Shown: positions 10,139-19,826, numbered from the stretch's first letter. The stretch is 64,000 nt of DNA from an uncultured Actinomycetota bacterium (GCA_963820045.1 CAWFYN010000007.1:21832-85831), one strand, 5' to 3'. The notes: generated by a model not told the origin, from the letters alone. Translations and numbers: made by a program.

Positions 10139-10561
10139 TCAGCCGGCGGCCGTGATTCCGGCGTTGGATATGGTGAAGCCGCGACCCGGAACGACCGTGC
10201 ACGTCACCCCGCCGGTCTCCGACCGGCACGTGAACGGGCCGGCTCCCATCGTCTGGCCGTAGCCGAGGATCGGGGTACCCTCCGCCGGGTTGGCCAGGCA
10301 GCTTTCGCCCGTGCAGCGCGAGAGGACCCCACCGGTGTCCATCCGTACCGACGCCGGCGGTGAGCCGGTGAAGCAGAACGTTTCGTCCGGTATGCCGCGG
10401 CGCTGGTAGTCGATCTCGCAGCTGATGTTGCGTGACGGGGACAGGAAAGCCACGTAATTATCCTGGTCTGCGGCGGCCAACGGCACGAACGCCTGGGGCG
10501 TGAGAATGGTCCCGGCGCCGCCCAGCGCTGTTGCGGCGGCGGTCAGCGCTTTTGTCAACAC
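10139..10561 (-). CDS. Putative secreted Cys-containing protein
   Basis: GTG 10561 gives signal-peptide-like LTKALTAAATALGGAG..AAAD; FLSPSRNISC..FTCRSETGGVTC, 6 Cys. Confidence 0.65.
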   Translation of the reverse strand: MLTKALTAAATALGGAGTILTPQAFVPLAAADQDNYVAFLSPSRNISCEIDYQRRGIPDETFCFTGSPPASVRMDTGGVLSRCTGESCLANPAEGTPILGYGQTMGAGPFTCRSETGGVTCTVVPGRGFTISNAGITAAG

Positions 10562-10613
10562 ATGCCAACCGTGCCATAGCGGGGCAAGCGGCGGACCGAT
10601 TTGGCGCCTCCGG

Positions 10614-11159
10614 TCAGGGATGTTCGTCTTGGACGCCGAAGGTATTGACGGCCATCGCCAAGAGAAGATACCCACCGATCGTGAAGACCAGATCCATACG
10701 TTGCTGGTCACTGAAAGAGCGGCCCAACTCGTCCCAGGTGGGCCGCGTGATGCTGCTGGACGCAGTCAACTCATCGACGGCGCGAATCACCGTCGCGTCC
10801 AAGGGGTCTACGGCGTCGCCGGACCGGATGCCGCTGATGTCCCGGGCACTCAGGCCGGCGCTTTCCGCGATGGGTAGGTGGTGGGACCACAGGTATGCAC
10901 ACTCGCCACGGTGCACGGCACGCAGCAGCGCAACCTCCCTGATCCGGGGGGAGAGCGTCGAGCCCTTCAGCAAGTAGGCGTTGAAGGGAAGGTAGGCGCG
11001 GGTGAGGTCGGGATGGCGTACCAAGGTTGACAACACGTTGCCGGCCCCGCTCGGGTCCGCCCGCTCCGCCGGTATCAGGGAGGCGAGCGAAGCGCGGGCA
11101 TGCTCATCCCACTCCTCGGTCGGCAAGGGCGTCAACCGAACTGGGCGCGGGTCGGTCAT
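10614..11159 (-). CDS. Carboxymuconolactone decarboxylase (CMD/AhpD-like) family protein
   Basis: ATG 11159; NVLSTLVRHP, LSPRIREVALLR..YLWSHH, DLVFTIGGY. Confidence 0.8.
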   Translation of the reverse strand: MTDPRPVRLTPLPTEEWDEHARASLASLIPAERADPSGAGNVLSTLVRHPDLTRAYLPFNAYLLKGSTLSPRIREVALLRAVHRGECAYLWSHHLPIAESAGLSARDISGIRSGDAVDPLDATVIRAVDELTASSSITRPTWDELGRSFSDQQRMDLVFTIGGYLLLAMAVNTFGVQDEHP

Positions 11160-11167
11160 GGCGCTGG

Positions 11168-12013
11168 CTATTGGATCGGTTCGTCGCCGAGCACGGTCGT
11201 GCGCAGCATCTCGCGCTGCGAGGTGGGATCGTAGGGGGCGGCGCGGTGCAGCACTCCGCGGTTGTCCCAGATGACGGTGTCCCCCACCGACCATTGGTGG
11301 CTGTACACCTTGTCCGCCTTGGTGGCCCGCTCGAGTAACTCCTGAAGCAGCGCCCGGCCCCCGTCGAGATCCATGCCCACCACGTAGTCGGCCGATGCGC
11401 CCAGCACCAGCGACTTACGGCCACTGCGGTGCGTCCACACCAGCGGGTGTTCATGCGTGCGCCGGGAGCGCCAGCCGGCCAGCTGCTTTTCCGACGGGTC
11501 GGGATGGACGCGCCGCTGAGACGCCTCCAGCGAGTGCACGACGCGAAGCGAGCCGAAGCGATCCTTCTCTTCGTCACTCAGTTCCTCATAGGCGGCATAG
11601 GAGTTGGCGAATTCGGTTTCGCCGCCCCACTCGGCGACCTGCACGGCCGACAGGACGGTGGCCTTCTGCGGGCACTCGTCACCGAGCGGGGTGCATCCAT
11701 CGATGTGCCAGTCGAAAGTGGCCTTCAGTATTTCCGCCGAGGAGTTCTTCGCCGGGTTCAGCGAGATGGGATAAATCCCGGCCACCGGGTGATGCCCGTC
11801 AGCGGAGTGATCGACCTCGCCCAGCAGGCGACAGAAATCTACCTGGGTCTCGGGGGCGAGCTGCAGACCGCGGAAGACCAGAACCCCGTTGTGCTCCAAG
11901 GCATCCAGGACCGCGTCGCCGACGGGGTCGCCGGAAGCCAGCCGCGCCGGATCGAGGCCGGTGACTTCGGCGCCGACGGACGCGGTGAGCTTGTTGATGG
12001 TGAGCAGACTCAT
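11168..12013 (-). CDS. TauD/TfdA family Fe(II)/2-oxoglutarate dioxygenase
   Basis: ATG 12013; WHIDG, GGETEFAN, IWDNRGVLHRA. Confidence 0.92.
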   Translation of the reverse strand: MSLLTINKLTASVGAEVTGLDPARLASGDPVGDAVLDALEHNGVLVFRGLQLAPETQVDFCRLLGEVDHSADGHHPVAGIYPISLNPAKNSSAEILKATFDWHIDGCTPLGDECPQKATVLSAVQVAEWGGETEFANSYAAYEELSDEEKDRFGSLRVVHSLEASQRRVHPDPSEKQLAGWRSRRTHEHPLVWTHRSGRKSLVLGASADYVVGMDLDGGRALLQELLERATKADKVYSHQWSVGDTVIWDNRGVLHRAAPYDPTSQREMLRTTVLGDEPIQ

Positions 12014-12054
12014 GGTCTGTCCTTCCTGACGAAGCGCATGGATGCCGGCACGGG

Positions 12055-12390
12055 TCAGGGCACCGGTTCGACGGTGCGAATCATGACCGCGTCGGCGGCG
12101 CTGACCGGCGCGGGTTGGTGCATGATCTCGACCGCCATCGCGACCATGATGAGCGAATAGATCAGGTACAGCAGGTTGAGCGCGTCGTCGGGCATGTTGT
12201 CGAGCGGGAACTTGTCGCAGTACTCGATGGCCTCCTCGAGCCGAGGAAAGAATGCGTCGTAGAACTGGTGCATCTCGGGCATCGTGCTGGTAACCCTGGC
12301 GTCCCAGCGTTCGGTTTCCGTCGCCAGGCACCACCTTCGGGCGAACTTCTCCAATTCAGCGAATGCGCTGGGCAGCAGGACATCTGACAT
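12055..12390 (-). CDS. Hypothetical 111-aa protein directly downstream of Rieske oxygenase 1 (paralog of 16615-16953)
   Basis: MSDVLLPSAFAELEKFARRWCLA..FYDA..YCDKF..EPVP; strong similarity to second copy. Confidence 0.85.
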   Translation of the reverse strand: MSDVLLPSAFAELEKFARRWCLATETERWDARVTSTMPEMHQFYDAFFPRLEEAIEYCDKFPLDNMPDDALNLLYLIYSLIMVAMAVEIMHQPAPVSAADAVMIRTVEPVP

Positions 12391-12394
12391 GGGA

Positions 12395-13663
12395 TCAAAC
12401 TCCCGCCGTCGTCGGCGCGCGTTCGCCCTGGTAGGCATTGACCCAGTCGACGACCACCTTGTGCAGGTGGCGTACCAGGATTTCCTGGTCGCTGAGTGGA
12501 AACTCATCGACGATGCCGTATTCCAGCGCGGCCTGTGTACCGCCGAGCATCCCCGCGTCCTGCAGCGCGAACTCCTTGAGTACCACCGACGCCACTTCGT
12601 GTTCGATGCGTTCGCGCACGCTGCGAGCGGGGTGGAAGTAGGTGTAGGCCTCGAAGCGATGCGTGTTGTGCGAGGTGGGCCAATACCGATAGAGCAGATA
12701 CCAGCCGCCGTAGATCAATATCTCGATATTGGGGAAGATCTGGAAATTGCTGATCCCCCAGGGCTCGATGTTTCCCGGGTTGAGGCCGGGCGGTAGCGCA
12801 CCGATATCCGGCGTGCGCCAAGGGCCCACGAGTCCGCTCTGAGTGGCACGCTCGATCGGATACATGAACTCAGGGGACAGCAGCCACCGCCGCCGCCCGG
12901 CGGTCGACACCAGCCGATGCGGACCGTCGAGCTGGAAGTGACCACAGGTGAATCCGGCATTGGGGTCGCGCACGTCGGGGGGTACTTGCTGCGGATGCAG
13001 CGAAGGCACGTGGTAGTACTCCTGGAACGCGTCGGCGAAGATCTTCCAGTTGCTGTTGTTGTGCGCCACCCACTCGTAGCGTTCGGTCAGCTTGTCGAAG
13101 GGGTAGCCGTCGAGACCCGTGACCATGGGTCCGAGAAAGTCGCGCAGGCTCTGCCGCGGTTCGTCGTCGAGGTTGATGAAGACGAACCCGTTCCAGACGT
13201 CGCAATGCACGGGCCGCAGTCCGTAATCGGACAAGTCGAGGTCGAAGAATTCGGCTTCCTGCTGCACGAATTTCAAGGCGCCCTCGAGGTCGTAACGCCA
13301 GCCGTGGTACTTGCAGGTGAATTGCCGGCAGGTGCCCCGCGTCTCCTCGGCCGGAATGTCGTTCCACACCAGTTTGTTTCCTCGATGGCGGCACACGTTG
13401 TAGAAGGCGCGGATGTGCTCGTCTCGCCCCTTCACCACAATGACCGAAGTCCCGGCGACCTCGATCTCTTTGGTCAGGTAGCTGCCGACGCGGGGCAGCT
13501 CCTCGACCCTGGCGACGTTGAGCCAGGCGCGTTTGAAGATCGCCTCGCGTTCGAGTTGGTAGAACTCCGGCGAGGTGGAGTCGCCGAATGACACATCGCC
13601 GGTGCCCAATTCGGGGTAGTGTTCGGTCCACGACCCCTCCGGGGGCCTGCCTGACCGGGTCAT
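12395..13663 (-). CDS. Rieske ring-hydroxylating-type oxygenase alpha subunit (copy 1)
   Basis: ATG 13663 with GGAGG RBS; CRHRG..CKYHGW; DAFQEYYHVPSLH; QDA. Confidence 0.93.
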   Translation of the reverse strand: MTRSGRPPEGSWTEHYPELGTGDVSFGDSTSPEFYQLEREAIFKRAWLNVARVEELPRVGSYLTKEIEVAGTSVIVVKGRDEHIRAFYNVCRHRGNKLVWNDIPAEETRGTCRQFTCKYHGWRYDLEGALKFVQQEAEFFDLDLSDYGLRPVHCDVWNGFVFINLDDEPRQSLRDFLGPMVTGLDGYPFDKLTERYEWVAHNNSNWKIFADAFQEYYHVPSLHPQQVPPDVRDPNAGFTCGHFQLDGPHRLVSTAGRRRWLLSPEFMYPIERATQSGLVGPWRTPDIGALPPGLNPGNIEPWGISNFQIFPNIEILIYGGWYLLYRYWPTSHNTHRFEAYTYFHPARSVRERIEHEVASVVLKEFALQDAGMLGGTQAALEYGIVDEFPLSDQEILVRHLHKVVVDWVNAYQGERAPTTAGV

Positions 13664-13715
13664 CTGATCCTCCTGATCGACGCAGAAGTCGAACGCCTGA
13701 GTGCGGAAACGGTTG

Positions 13716-14459
13716 TCACAACACCGCCCCGCCGTTGACGCCCAAAACCTGGCCGGTGATATACCTGGCCTCCTCCGAGCACAAGAAACCCACCGCCGCG
13801 GCAACGTCCGCCCCCGTGCCCAAGAAGCCCAGCGGGATGTTGGCGGCGATCTGCTCGTTGGAGGGCAGGTAGCCGGCAACCTGCCCTTGATGCTGCATCG
13901 GTGTTTCGATGCCCGACGGCGGGATGTTGTTGACCGTGATGCCGTACGAGGCATACTCCCGCGCAAGGGATTTCGTCAGCGTGATGACGCCGCCTTTGGA
14001 CGCCGCGTAATGCGCGGCGAACGGCGAGCCCCGTTGAGCGCTGGACGACGAGATCATCACGATCCTGCCCCACTTCGCATCGACCATGTCCGGAAGCGCA
14101 ATCTGGCAGCAATGAAACGTGCCGGTCAGATTGACGTCGATGATTCGCGCCCACGATTCGGCGGTGATGTCGGCGAAGGCCGAAAATCCGAACAGCCCGG
14201 CGCTGGTGACCAACACCGTGACACCGCCCAACTCGCTGCGGACCTTGGCGAAGGCCTGCTCGAGCGCGGTCCTGTCGGTGACATCGGCGCTTACCCCGAC
14301 AGCGCTGACGCCCTCGGCACGCAAGTCTTCGGTGACGCGCTGCGCCGCTTGCTCGTTGACGTCAAGGACAGCGACCTTGTGCCCGCGCCTGCCAAGTTCG
14401 TGACACGTGGCTTCACCCATGCCGGAGGCTCCGCCCGTCACCACGGCTACCCGGCTCAT
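13716..14459 (-). CDS. Short-chain dehydrogenase/reductase
   Basis: TGGASGMG, NLTG, YAASK, ITGQVLGVNGG. Confidence 0.92.
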   Translation of the reverse strand: MSRVAVVTGGASGMGEATCHELGRRGHKVAVLDVNEQAAQRVTEDLRAEGVSAVGVSADVTDRTALEQAFAKVRSELGGVTVLVTSAGLFGFSAFADITAESWARIIDVNLTGTFHCCQIALPDMVDAKWGRIVMISSSSAQRGSPFAAHYAASKGGVITLTKSLAREYASYGITVNNIPPSGIETPMQHQGQVAGYLPSNEQIAANIPLGFLGTGADVAAAVGFLCSEEARYITGQVLGVNGGAVL

Positions 14460-14490
14460 CGACTCCGCCCCATCGCGGTAGCTCCCTTGT

Positions 14491-14820
14491 TCACTCGTAG
14501 ACCACGCGCACGGTGCGGCTGGTCGGCAGCGCCTGGCAGGTCAACACCCAACCCTGGATGACCTCGTCGTCATCGAGTGCGTCGTTGTTGAGCATCCGGG
14601 CGCTTCCCTGCGTCAGCCGCGCCATGCACGTTGCGCAGGAACCGGTTTCGCACGAGGAGGGCGCGGCCAAGCCGGCCATGCGGGCGGTCTGCAGCAAGGT
14701 GTCGCCCGCACTGTAGGGCACCGTGGTGGCGCGCCGGTCCAGCTCGATGGTCACTTCCTCGGTCACGACCCCGTCGTTGTCGTGCGGCCCCGCCCCGGCG
14801 GCCGCGGTGGACTCTGACAT
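14491..14820 (-). CDS. Stand-alone [2Fe-2S] ferredoxin (resembles KshB/PaaE C-terminal domain)
   Basis: SSCETGSCATC..VLTCQA. Confidence 0.9.
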   Translation of the reverse strand: MSESTAAAGAGPHDNDGVVTEEVTIELDRRATTVPYSAGDTLLQTARMAGLAAPSSCETGSCATCMARLTQGSARMLNNDALDDDEVIQGWVLTCQALPTSRTVRVVYE

Positions 14821-14828
14821 CCCCCGAA

Positions 14829-14863
14829 CAATATCAACTACTTGCCATTAATATCAAGTACTA
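14829..14863. promoter_or_regulatory. Candidate MarR operator: AATATCAA(C/G)TACT twice, 20 nt apart; first copy shares 17 bp with 18348-18364
   Basis: CAATATCAACTACTTGC is the exact reverse complement of GCAAGTAGTTGATATTG at 18348. Confidence 0.65.
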
Positions 14864-14919
14864 GAGATACATCGTTGCGGTGCACCGCCCAAGCGCGGCG
14901 TCGACCGGCAGCGTCAACG

Positions 14920-15372
14920 TCAGTTGTCGACGTGGTCGTTGAAAAGCTCGTGGCCGGTGCCCTTTTCGACTACGCGGCCCAGCAGCTCGCGCAGCGTCTG
15001 CTGCTCCTGCACGCTGAGCACACCGAACACCTCCTCGTGAGCGGCGATCGCGTCGTTGACGACCGTTCCCGCGACGTTTCGGCCCTCCCCCGTGAGGTGG
15101 GCCCGGAGGATGCGGCCGTGCTGGGGATCTGGTTTCCTCTCCACCAGGCCACGCCGTTCCAGGGCGGTCAGCGCGAGCTGAACCCCTTGCGGGCTGATCA
15201 ACAGACGCCGGGCGAGTTCGGCTCCGGAAAGGCCGGGCTCATTGGCGAGTTGGCGCAACACACCGATCTGGGCGGTGCTGACGCCGTGCACTCGCATGGC
15301 GTCGTTGATGGTGGTCAGCGAATAGTAGAAGGCCTGCTTGAGCAGCCACAGGATGTTATCGGTGAGTTCCAT
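14920..15372 (-). CDS. MarR family transcriptional regulator
   Basis: STAQIGVLRQL..SGAELARRLLISPQGVQLALTALERRGLVERKPDPQHGR. Confidence 0.92.
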   Translation of the reverse strand: MELTDNILWLLKQAFYYSLTTINDAMRVHGVSTAQIGVLRQLANEPGLSGAELARRLLISPQGVQLALTALERRGLVERKPDPQHGRILRAHLTGEGRNVAGTVVNDAIAAHEEVFGVLSVQEQQTLRELLGRVVEKGTGHELFNDHVDN

Positions 15373-16618
15373 GCTCGGCTCCCTGCTTGTAGATCTCGCC
15401 GCCCTTCATGACAAACGGCACCTCAAGTGTGGTGTCGATGTCCCGGGAGGGATCGCCGGGCACGGCGATGATGTCGGCGAGGTAGCCGGGCGCCAGCCGG
15501 CCCAGTTCGTCGTCTGCGTCGATGAGCTCCGCGGCCACGACGGTGGCCGCCCGGATCGCCTGCATCGGCGACATGCCCCGCTTCACCAGCGCGCCGAGCT
15601 CCTTGGCGTTTTGCCCGTGCGGAATCGCCGGCGCGTCGGTGCCGCATGCGATCCGGACGCCGGCGGCAATCGCCTTGGGGAGCATGGCTTTCGCCCGCGG
15701 GAAGACCTCTTCGGCTTTCCGGCGGAGCTCGGGCGCGATCCGGTCGATCGCCATGGCCTCGGTCAAATACGTGGTCGAGACCAGGAAGGTGCCGTGATCG
15801 ACCATCATCTGGATGGTCTCGTCGCTGGCCAGGAACCCGTGTTCGATGCAGTCGATTCCGGCACGGATGCACGCCTGTATCGCGCTGTCGCCGACGGCGT
15901 GGGCGGCCACCCGGACTCCGGCGCGGTGAGCTTCGTCGGCGATCGCGGCGAATTCGGCATCGGAGTATTGCTGCGCGCCGGGGGCGGTGCTGTGGGACAT
16001 GACCCCGCCTGACGCGGACACCTTGATCAGCTTGGCGCCGTGCCGAACTTGGTACCGGACACAGGCAATGACGTCCGGCACCCCGTTGGCGATGCCCTCG
16101 GCAACCGACAGTGGCATGATCCCGGGCGCGAGCCGCTGAAAGACCGTGGGATCCAAGTGCCCGCCGTAGGGGGTGACGGCGTGACCCGCGGGATAGATAC
16201 GGGGACCGGCGTGCCAGCCCTGGTCGATGGCGCGCTGCAGCGCCACGTCGAGCAGGTAGCCGCCGGTCTTGACCATCAGGCCCAGGTTGCGCACGGTGGT
16301 GAAACCGGCCTCCAGCGTGGTGCGCGCGTTGACCGCACCACGCAAAGTCCGATAGGCCGGATCGTCTTGGACACCATGCATCGGCGACGGCAGGCCCTCG
16401 GGTCCACCGGGGCCGCCGATCAGCAGGTTGAGCTCCATGTCCATTAGGCCCGGCAGCAACGTCACGTCTCCCAGGTCGACGACCGAGGCCGAATCCGGCA
16501 CGCCACCTTCGGGATTGATGGCGGCGATGCGCTCGCCCTCGACCACCACGACCGCCGGTGAGCGAACCTGGCCGTCGACGACGTCAGCCCATCGCGCCGC
16601 CCGCAGGACCGTGGTCAC
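15356..16618 (-). CDS. Metal-dependent amidohydrolase (prolidase-like, Amidohydro_1 type)
   Basis: GTGA overlap at 16618; LLPGLMDME, IKVSASGG, AAHA, CIEHG, GTDA, GRLAPGYLADIIAV. Confidence 0.88.
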   Translation of the reverse strand: MTTVLRAARWADVVDGQVRSPAVVVVEGERIAAINPEGGVPDSASVVDLGDVTLLPGLMDMELNLLIGGPGGPEGLPSPMHGVQDDPAYRTLRGAVNARTTLEAGFTTVRNLGLMVKTGGYLLDVALQRAIDQGWHAGPRIYPAGHAVTPYGGHLDPTVFQRLAPGIMPLSVAEGIANGVPDVIACVRYQVRHGAKLIKVSASGGVMSHSTAPGAQQYSDAEFAAIADEAHRAGVRVAAHAVGDSAIQACIRAGIDCIEHGFLASDETIQMMVDHGTFLVSTTYLTEAMAIDRIAPELRRKAEEVFPRAKAMLPKAIAAGVRIACGTDAPAIPHGQNAKELGALVKRGMSPMQAIRAATVVAAELIDADDELGRLAPGYLADIIAVPGDPSRDIDTTLEVPFVMKGGEIYKQGAEHGTHR

Positions 16619-16953
16619 GGAACGGGCTCGGACACGCAATCCAGGGTGGACGCACCGGAGTCGGGCACCCGGGGTTGCTTCCAGCACTCCACCGGAAACG
16701 ACACCATGATCATCGAATACAGTAGGTGCATGAGATTCAGCACGTCGTCGGGCAAGTCGTCGAGGGAGAACTTGTCGCAGTAGGAGAGGGCCTCTTCCGC
16801 CCGGGGCATGATTGCGTCGTAGAAGGCCTTCATATCCGTCATGGTGCTCGCCAGCCGCTTGGCGTAGCGCTCAGGTTCAGAAGCCAGACACCAGTCCGCG
16901 AATTGTTCCAGGTCGGCGAATTCACTTGGCAGCATGGGGGACATCGCGCTCAC
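16615..16953 (-). CDS. Hypothetical 112-aa protein directly downstream of Rieske oxygenase 2 (paralog of 12055-12390)
   Basis: GTGA overlap with Rieske stop; MLPSEFADLEQFADWCLA..FYDA..YCDKF..EPVP. Confidence 0.85.
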   Translation of the reverse strand: MSAMSPMLPSEFADLEQFADWCLASEPERYAKRLASTMTDMKAFYDAIMPRAEEALSYCDKFSLDDLPDDVLNLMHLLYSMIMVSFPVECWKQPRVPDSGASTLDCVSEPVP

Positions 16954-18218
16954 ACTCCCGCCGTGGAGGTCCGGCGATACTGATCGATCCACGCCGCGGT
17001 CTCCTTGTGCAAGTGCCGCAGCAAGATCTCCTGATCGTTGAGCAGGAACCGATCGATCACACGCGACTCGATCATGCTTTGCGTCGCCTCCAGCGTGTTG
17101 GCGTCCTGCAGGCCGTATTCCTTGAACGAGACCGCCGCGAGTTCCTGGGCGACGCGCTCGCGCGGAGTGCGCGGCTCCGGGAAGTACAGCGTTCCCTCGA
17201 AGATGTGGGAGTTATACGAGGTGGGCCAGTAGTGGTACGTCAGATACCAGCCCTGACCCCAGAACAAAATCACGAAGTTGGGGAACAGCTGGAATGAATC
17301 CAGCCCCCATGGATCACACTTCGCGGGGTTGAGCCCGGCGGGCATCTCGCCCAGATCCGGCTTGTCCCAGGGACCGAACAGCCCGCTCTGGCAGATGTCT
17401 TCGATCGGCTTGCGCATCTCGGCCGACATCTCCCAGGCCCGCACGCCCGATGTGCTGACCAGCCGGTGCGGGCCGTCCAAACGGTAATGCGGTGCCTCAA
17501 AACCGGCCTCGGCGGCCGCCTTCGAGTACGCCGTCGGTGACTGGTTCGCGTGCAGCACGGGTGCGTGGTAGAACTCCTGGAACGCGTCCATGTAGAGCTT
17601 CCAGTTCGCCTTGACCTCCGAGCGGTAACACCAGCGCGAGGTCATCTTGTCGAATGGATAGCCCTGAAGGCCCATGACCATGGGCCCGAGGAATTCCCGC
17701 AGCGACTGTGCGGGCTCCTTGGCGAAGTTGACGAAGATGAAGCCTTCCCACACTTCGCAGTGCACCGATACCAACCCGTAGCGGCTCTTGTCGAGGTCGA
17801 AGAACTCCTCCTCCTGCTGGACGAAGGTCAGATTCCCGTCCAGGTCGTACCGCCAGGCGTGGTACTTGCAGGTGAATTGGCGGCACACACCGCTGGTTTC
17901 CTCGAGCGGCATGTCGTTCCACACCAGCTTGTTCCCGCGGTGGCGGCAGACGTTGTGATAGGCCTTGATTTCCCCGGACTTCGTGCGCACCAGGATGATC
18001 GAGGTGTTGACGGCCTTGAGTTCTTTGGTGAAGTAGCTGCCGGTCCGCGAGAGTTGTTCGACGCGACCGACATTGAGCCAGGCCCGCTTGAAGATCGCTT
18101 CGCGTTCCAACTCGTGGATCTCCGGACTGATGGAATCCTCATATGAGACCGGTCCGGTTCCCAGTTCGGGGTAGTGCTGCGTCCAGCTGCCCTCCGGGGG
18201 CTTGGGGAATCGAGGCAT
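16950..18218 (-). CDS. Rieske ring-hydroxylating-type oxygenase alpha subunit (copy 2)
   Basis: CRHRG..CKYHAW; DAFQEFYHAPVLH; QDA; ends TAGV like copy 1. Confidence 0.93.
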   Translation of the reverse strand: MPRFPKPPEGSWTQHYPELGTGPVSYEDSISPEIHELEREAIFKRAWLNVGRVEQLSRTGSYFTKELKAVNTSIILVRTKSGEIKAYHNVCRHRGNKLVWNDMPLEETSGVCRQFTCKYHAWRYDLDGNLTFVQQEEEFFDLDKSRYGLVSVHCEVWEGFIFVNFAKEPAQSLREFLGPMVMGLQGYPFDKMTSRWCYRSEVKANWKLYMDAFQEFYHAPVLHANQSPTAYSKAAAEAGFEAPHYRLDGPHRLVSTSGVRAWEMSAEMRKPIEDICQSGLFGPWDKPDLGEMPAGLNPAKCDPWGLDSFQLFPNFVILFWGQGWYLTYHYWPTSYNSHIFEGTLYFPEPRTPRERVAQELAAVSFKEYGLQDANTLEATQSMIESRVIDRFLLNDQEILLRHLHKETAAWIDQYRRTSTAGV

Positions 18219-18347
18219 GAGCGCTCCTATCCGATCTCACCGGGGCCGCCCGACGGACGGTTCACTCCGAATGGCCGGGCAGCCACCGGTTTCAGTGATT
18301 CCGTAGGACTCCGTCGGGGCCGACGGTATATGCTCGACCGGATAATC

Positions 18348-18364
18348 GCAAGTAGTTGATATTG
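18348..18364. promoter_or_regulatory. Candidate MarR operator, second copy
   Basis: GCAAGTAGTTGATATTG, 16 nt upstream of the ALDH ATG. Confidence 0.65.
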
Positions 18365-18380
18365 CAGCTAGGAGCCTTCG

Positions 18381-19826
18381 ATGGATCAAAACCTTGGGTT
18401 GCGTGTCGCTCGGGGCCGCTCGGTGCTCTCGCACGCAGAGGTGTTCGAGGTCATCTCCCCGCACACCGAGGAACCCATCGCCGAAGTGGCCGCCGCCGGA
18501 CCGACAGACGTCGAAGCGGCGGTCGGCGCCGCGCGCGCAGCGCTCGACTCGGGAGCCTGGAGCCGAACCGACCCCGCCGGACGGATCGCGGCGATCCGGC
18601 GCCTCGCCGACATCTACGACCAACGGCGCGCAGAAATGGCCGGTGTCATCACCGCCGAGATCGGCGCTCCCATCACCTTCGCGCAGCGCGCCCAAGTCGG
18701 CCTGCCCGCGATGATGATGCGCGCATTCTGCGACCTCGCCGAGCGGCACACCTGGAAGGAGACCCGCCGCGGCTTCTTCGGTGCCGACGTGCACGTGCAC
18801 AAGGAACCCGTCGGCGTGGTCGCCGCGATCGTGCCGTGGAATATGCCCCAATTCCTCATCGCCACCAAATTGGTGCCCGCGCTGCTCGCCGGGTGCGCCG
18901 TTCTGCTCAAACCCGCGCCCGAATCACCCTTGGACGCAATGCTTCTGGGGGAGATGCTCGACGAAATCGGCCTGCCCCCGGGCCTGGTCAGCATCCTGCC
19001 CGGCGGCAGTTCCGTCGGTGAACTCCTGGCATCCCACCCGGGTGTGGACAAAGTGTCGTTCACGGGATCGACGGCCGCGGGGCGCGCCGTCGCAGCCGCA
19101 TGCGCGGTGAATCTCACGAAGGTCAGCCTCGAGCTCGGCGGCAAATCGGCCGCCATCATCCTCGATGACGCCGCACCCGAGGCGGTCGCCACAGGCGTGC
19201 GATCAGCGAGCCTGTCGAACAGCGGGCAAATTTGCAACGCCCTCACCCGCCTATTGGTCCCCCGCCACGACCACGACGAGTATGTCGATGCGCTCGCGGC
19301 GGAGATGACCACGCTGCGAGTGGGCGATCCCAGCGATCCCGCTACCCAGCTGGGCCCGCTGGTCTCCCGCCGCCAACAGACGCGCGTTCGCGATTACATC
19401 CGAATCGGCCAGGACGAAGGCGCCCGCCTCGTCACCGGCGGGACCGAAATGCCCGATGGGCTCGACCGCGGCTGGTACGTCGCGCCCACCCTGTTCGCGT
19501 CCGCCGCGAACAGCATGCGCATCGCCCGCGAAGAAATCTTCGGTCCCGTGATCACCGTCATTCCCTATCGCGACGAGGACGACGCCGTCGCGATCGCCAA
19601 CGACTCCGACTACGGCCTGGCGGGATCGGTGTGGGCCGCCGACACCGACCGGGCTCTGTCGATCGCCGGGCGCGTGCGCAGCGGCACCGTCGGGATCAAC
19701 CAGGGCTACACCATGGATCCGTTCGCGCCGTTCGGCGGTGTGAAGGGCAGCGGTTACGGTCGCGAACTGGGACCCGAGGGCATCGAAAGCTACCTGGAAA
19801 CGAAATCGATCGCGGTTTCGCCGTAA
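18381..19826 (+). CDS. Aldehyde dehydrogenase
   Basis: PWN, FTGS, ELGGKSA, GQIC, EEIFGPV, PFGGVKGSG. Confidence 0.95.
   Translation: MDQNLGLRVARGRSVLSHAEVFEVISPHTEEPIAEVAAAGPTDVEAAVGAARAALDSGAWSRTDPAGRIAAIRRLADIYDQRRAEMAGVITAEIGAPITFAQRAQVGLPAMMMRAFCDLAERHTWKETRRGFFGADVHVHKEPVGVVAAIVPWNMPQFLIATKLVPALLAGCAVLLKPAPESPLDAMLLGEMLDEIGLPPGLVSILPGGSSVGELLASHPGVDKVSFTGSTAAGRAVAAACAVNLTKVSLELGGKSAAIILDDAAPEAVATGVRSASLSNSGQICNALTRLLVPRHDHDEYVDALAAEMTTLRVGDPSDPATQLGPLVSRRQQTRVRDYIRIGQDEGARLVTGGTEMPDGLDRGWYVAPTLFASAANSMRIAREEIFGPVITVIPYRDEDDAVAIANDSDYGLAGSVWAADTDRALSIAGRVRSGTVGINQGYTMDPFAPFGGVKGSGYGRELGPEGIESYLETKSIAVSP

Noticed and set aside
18381-18440. Unusual ALDH N-terminus suggesting compensating frameshifts
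   Set aside because: ORF is open with a GGAG RBS; cannot be shown without an alignment
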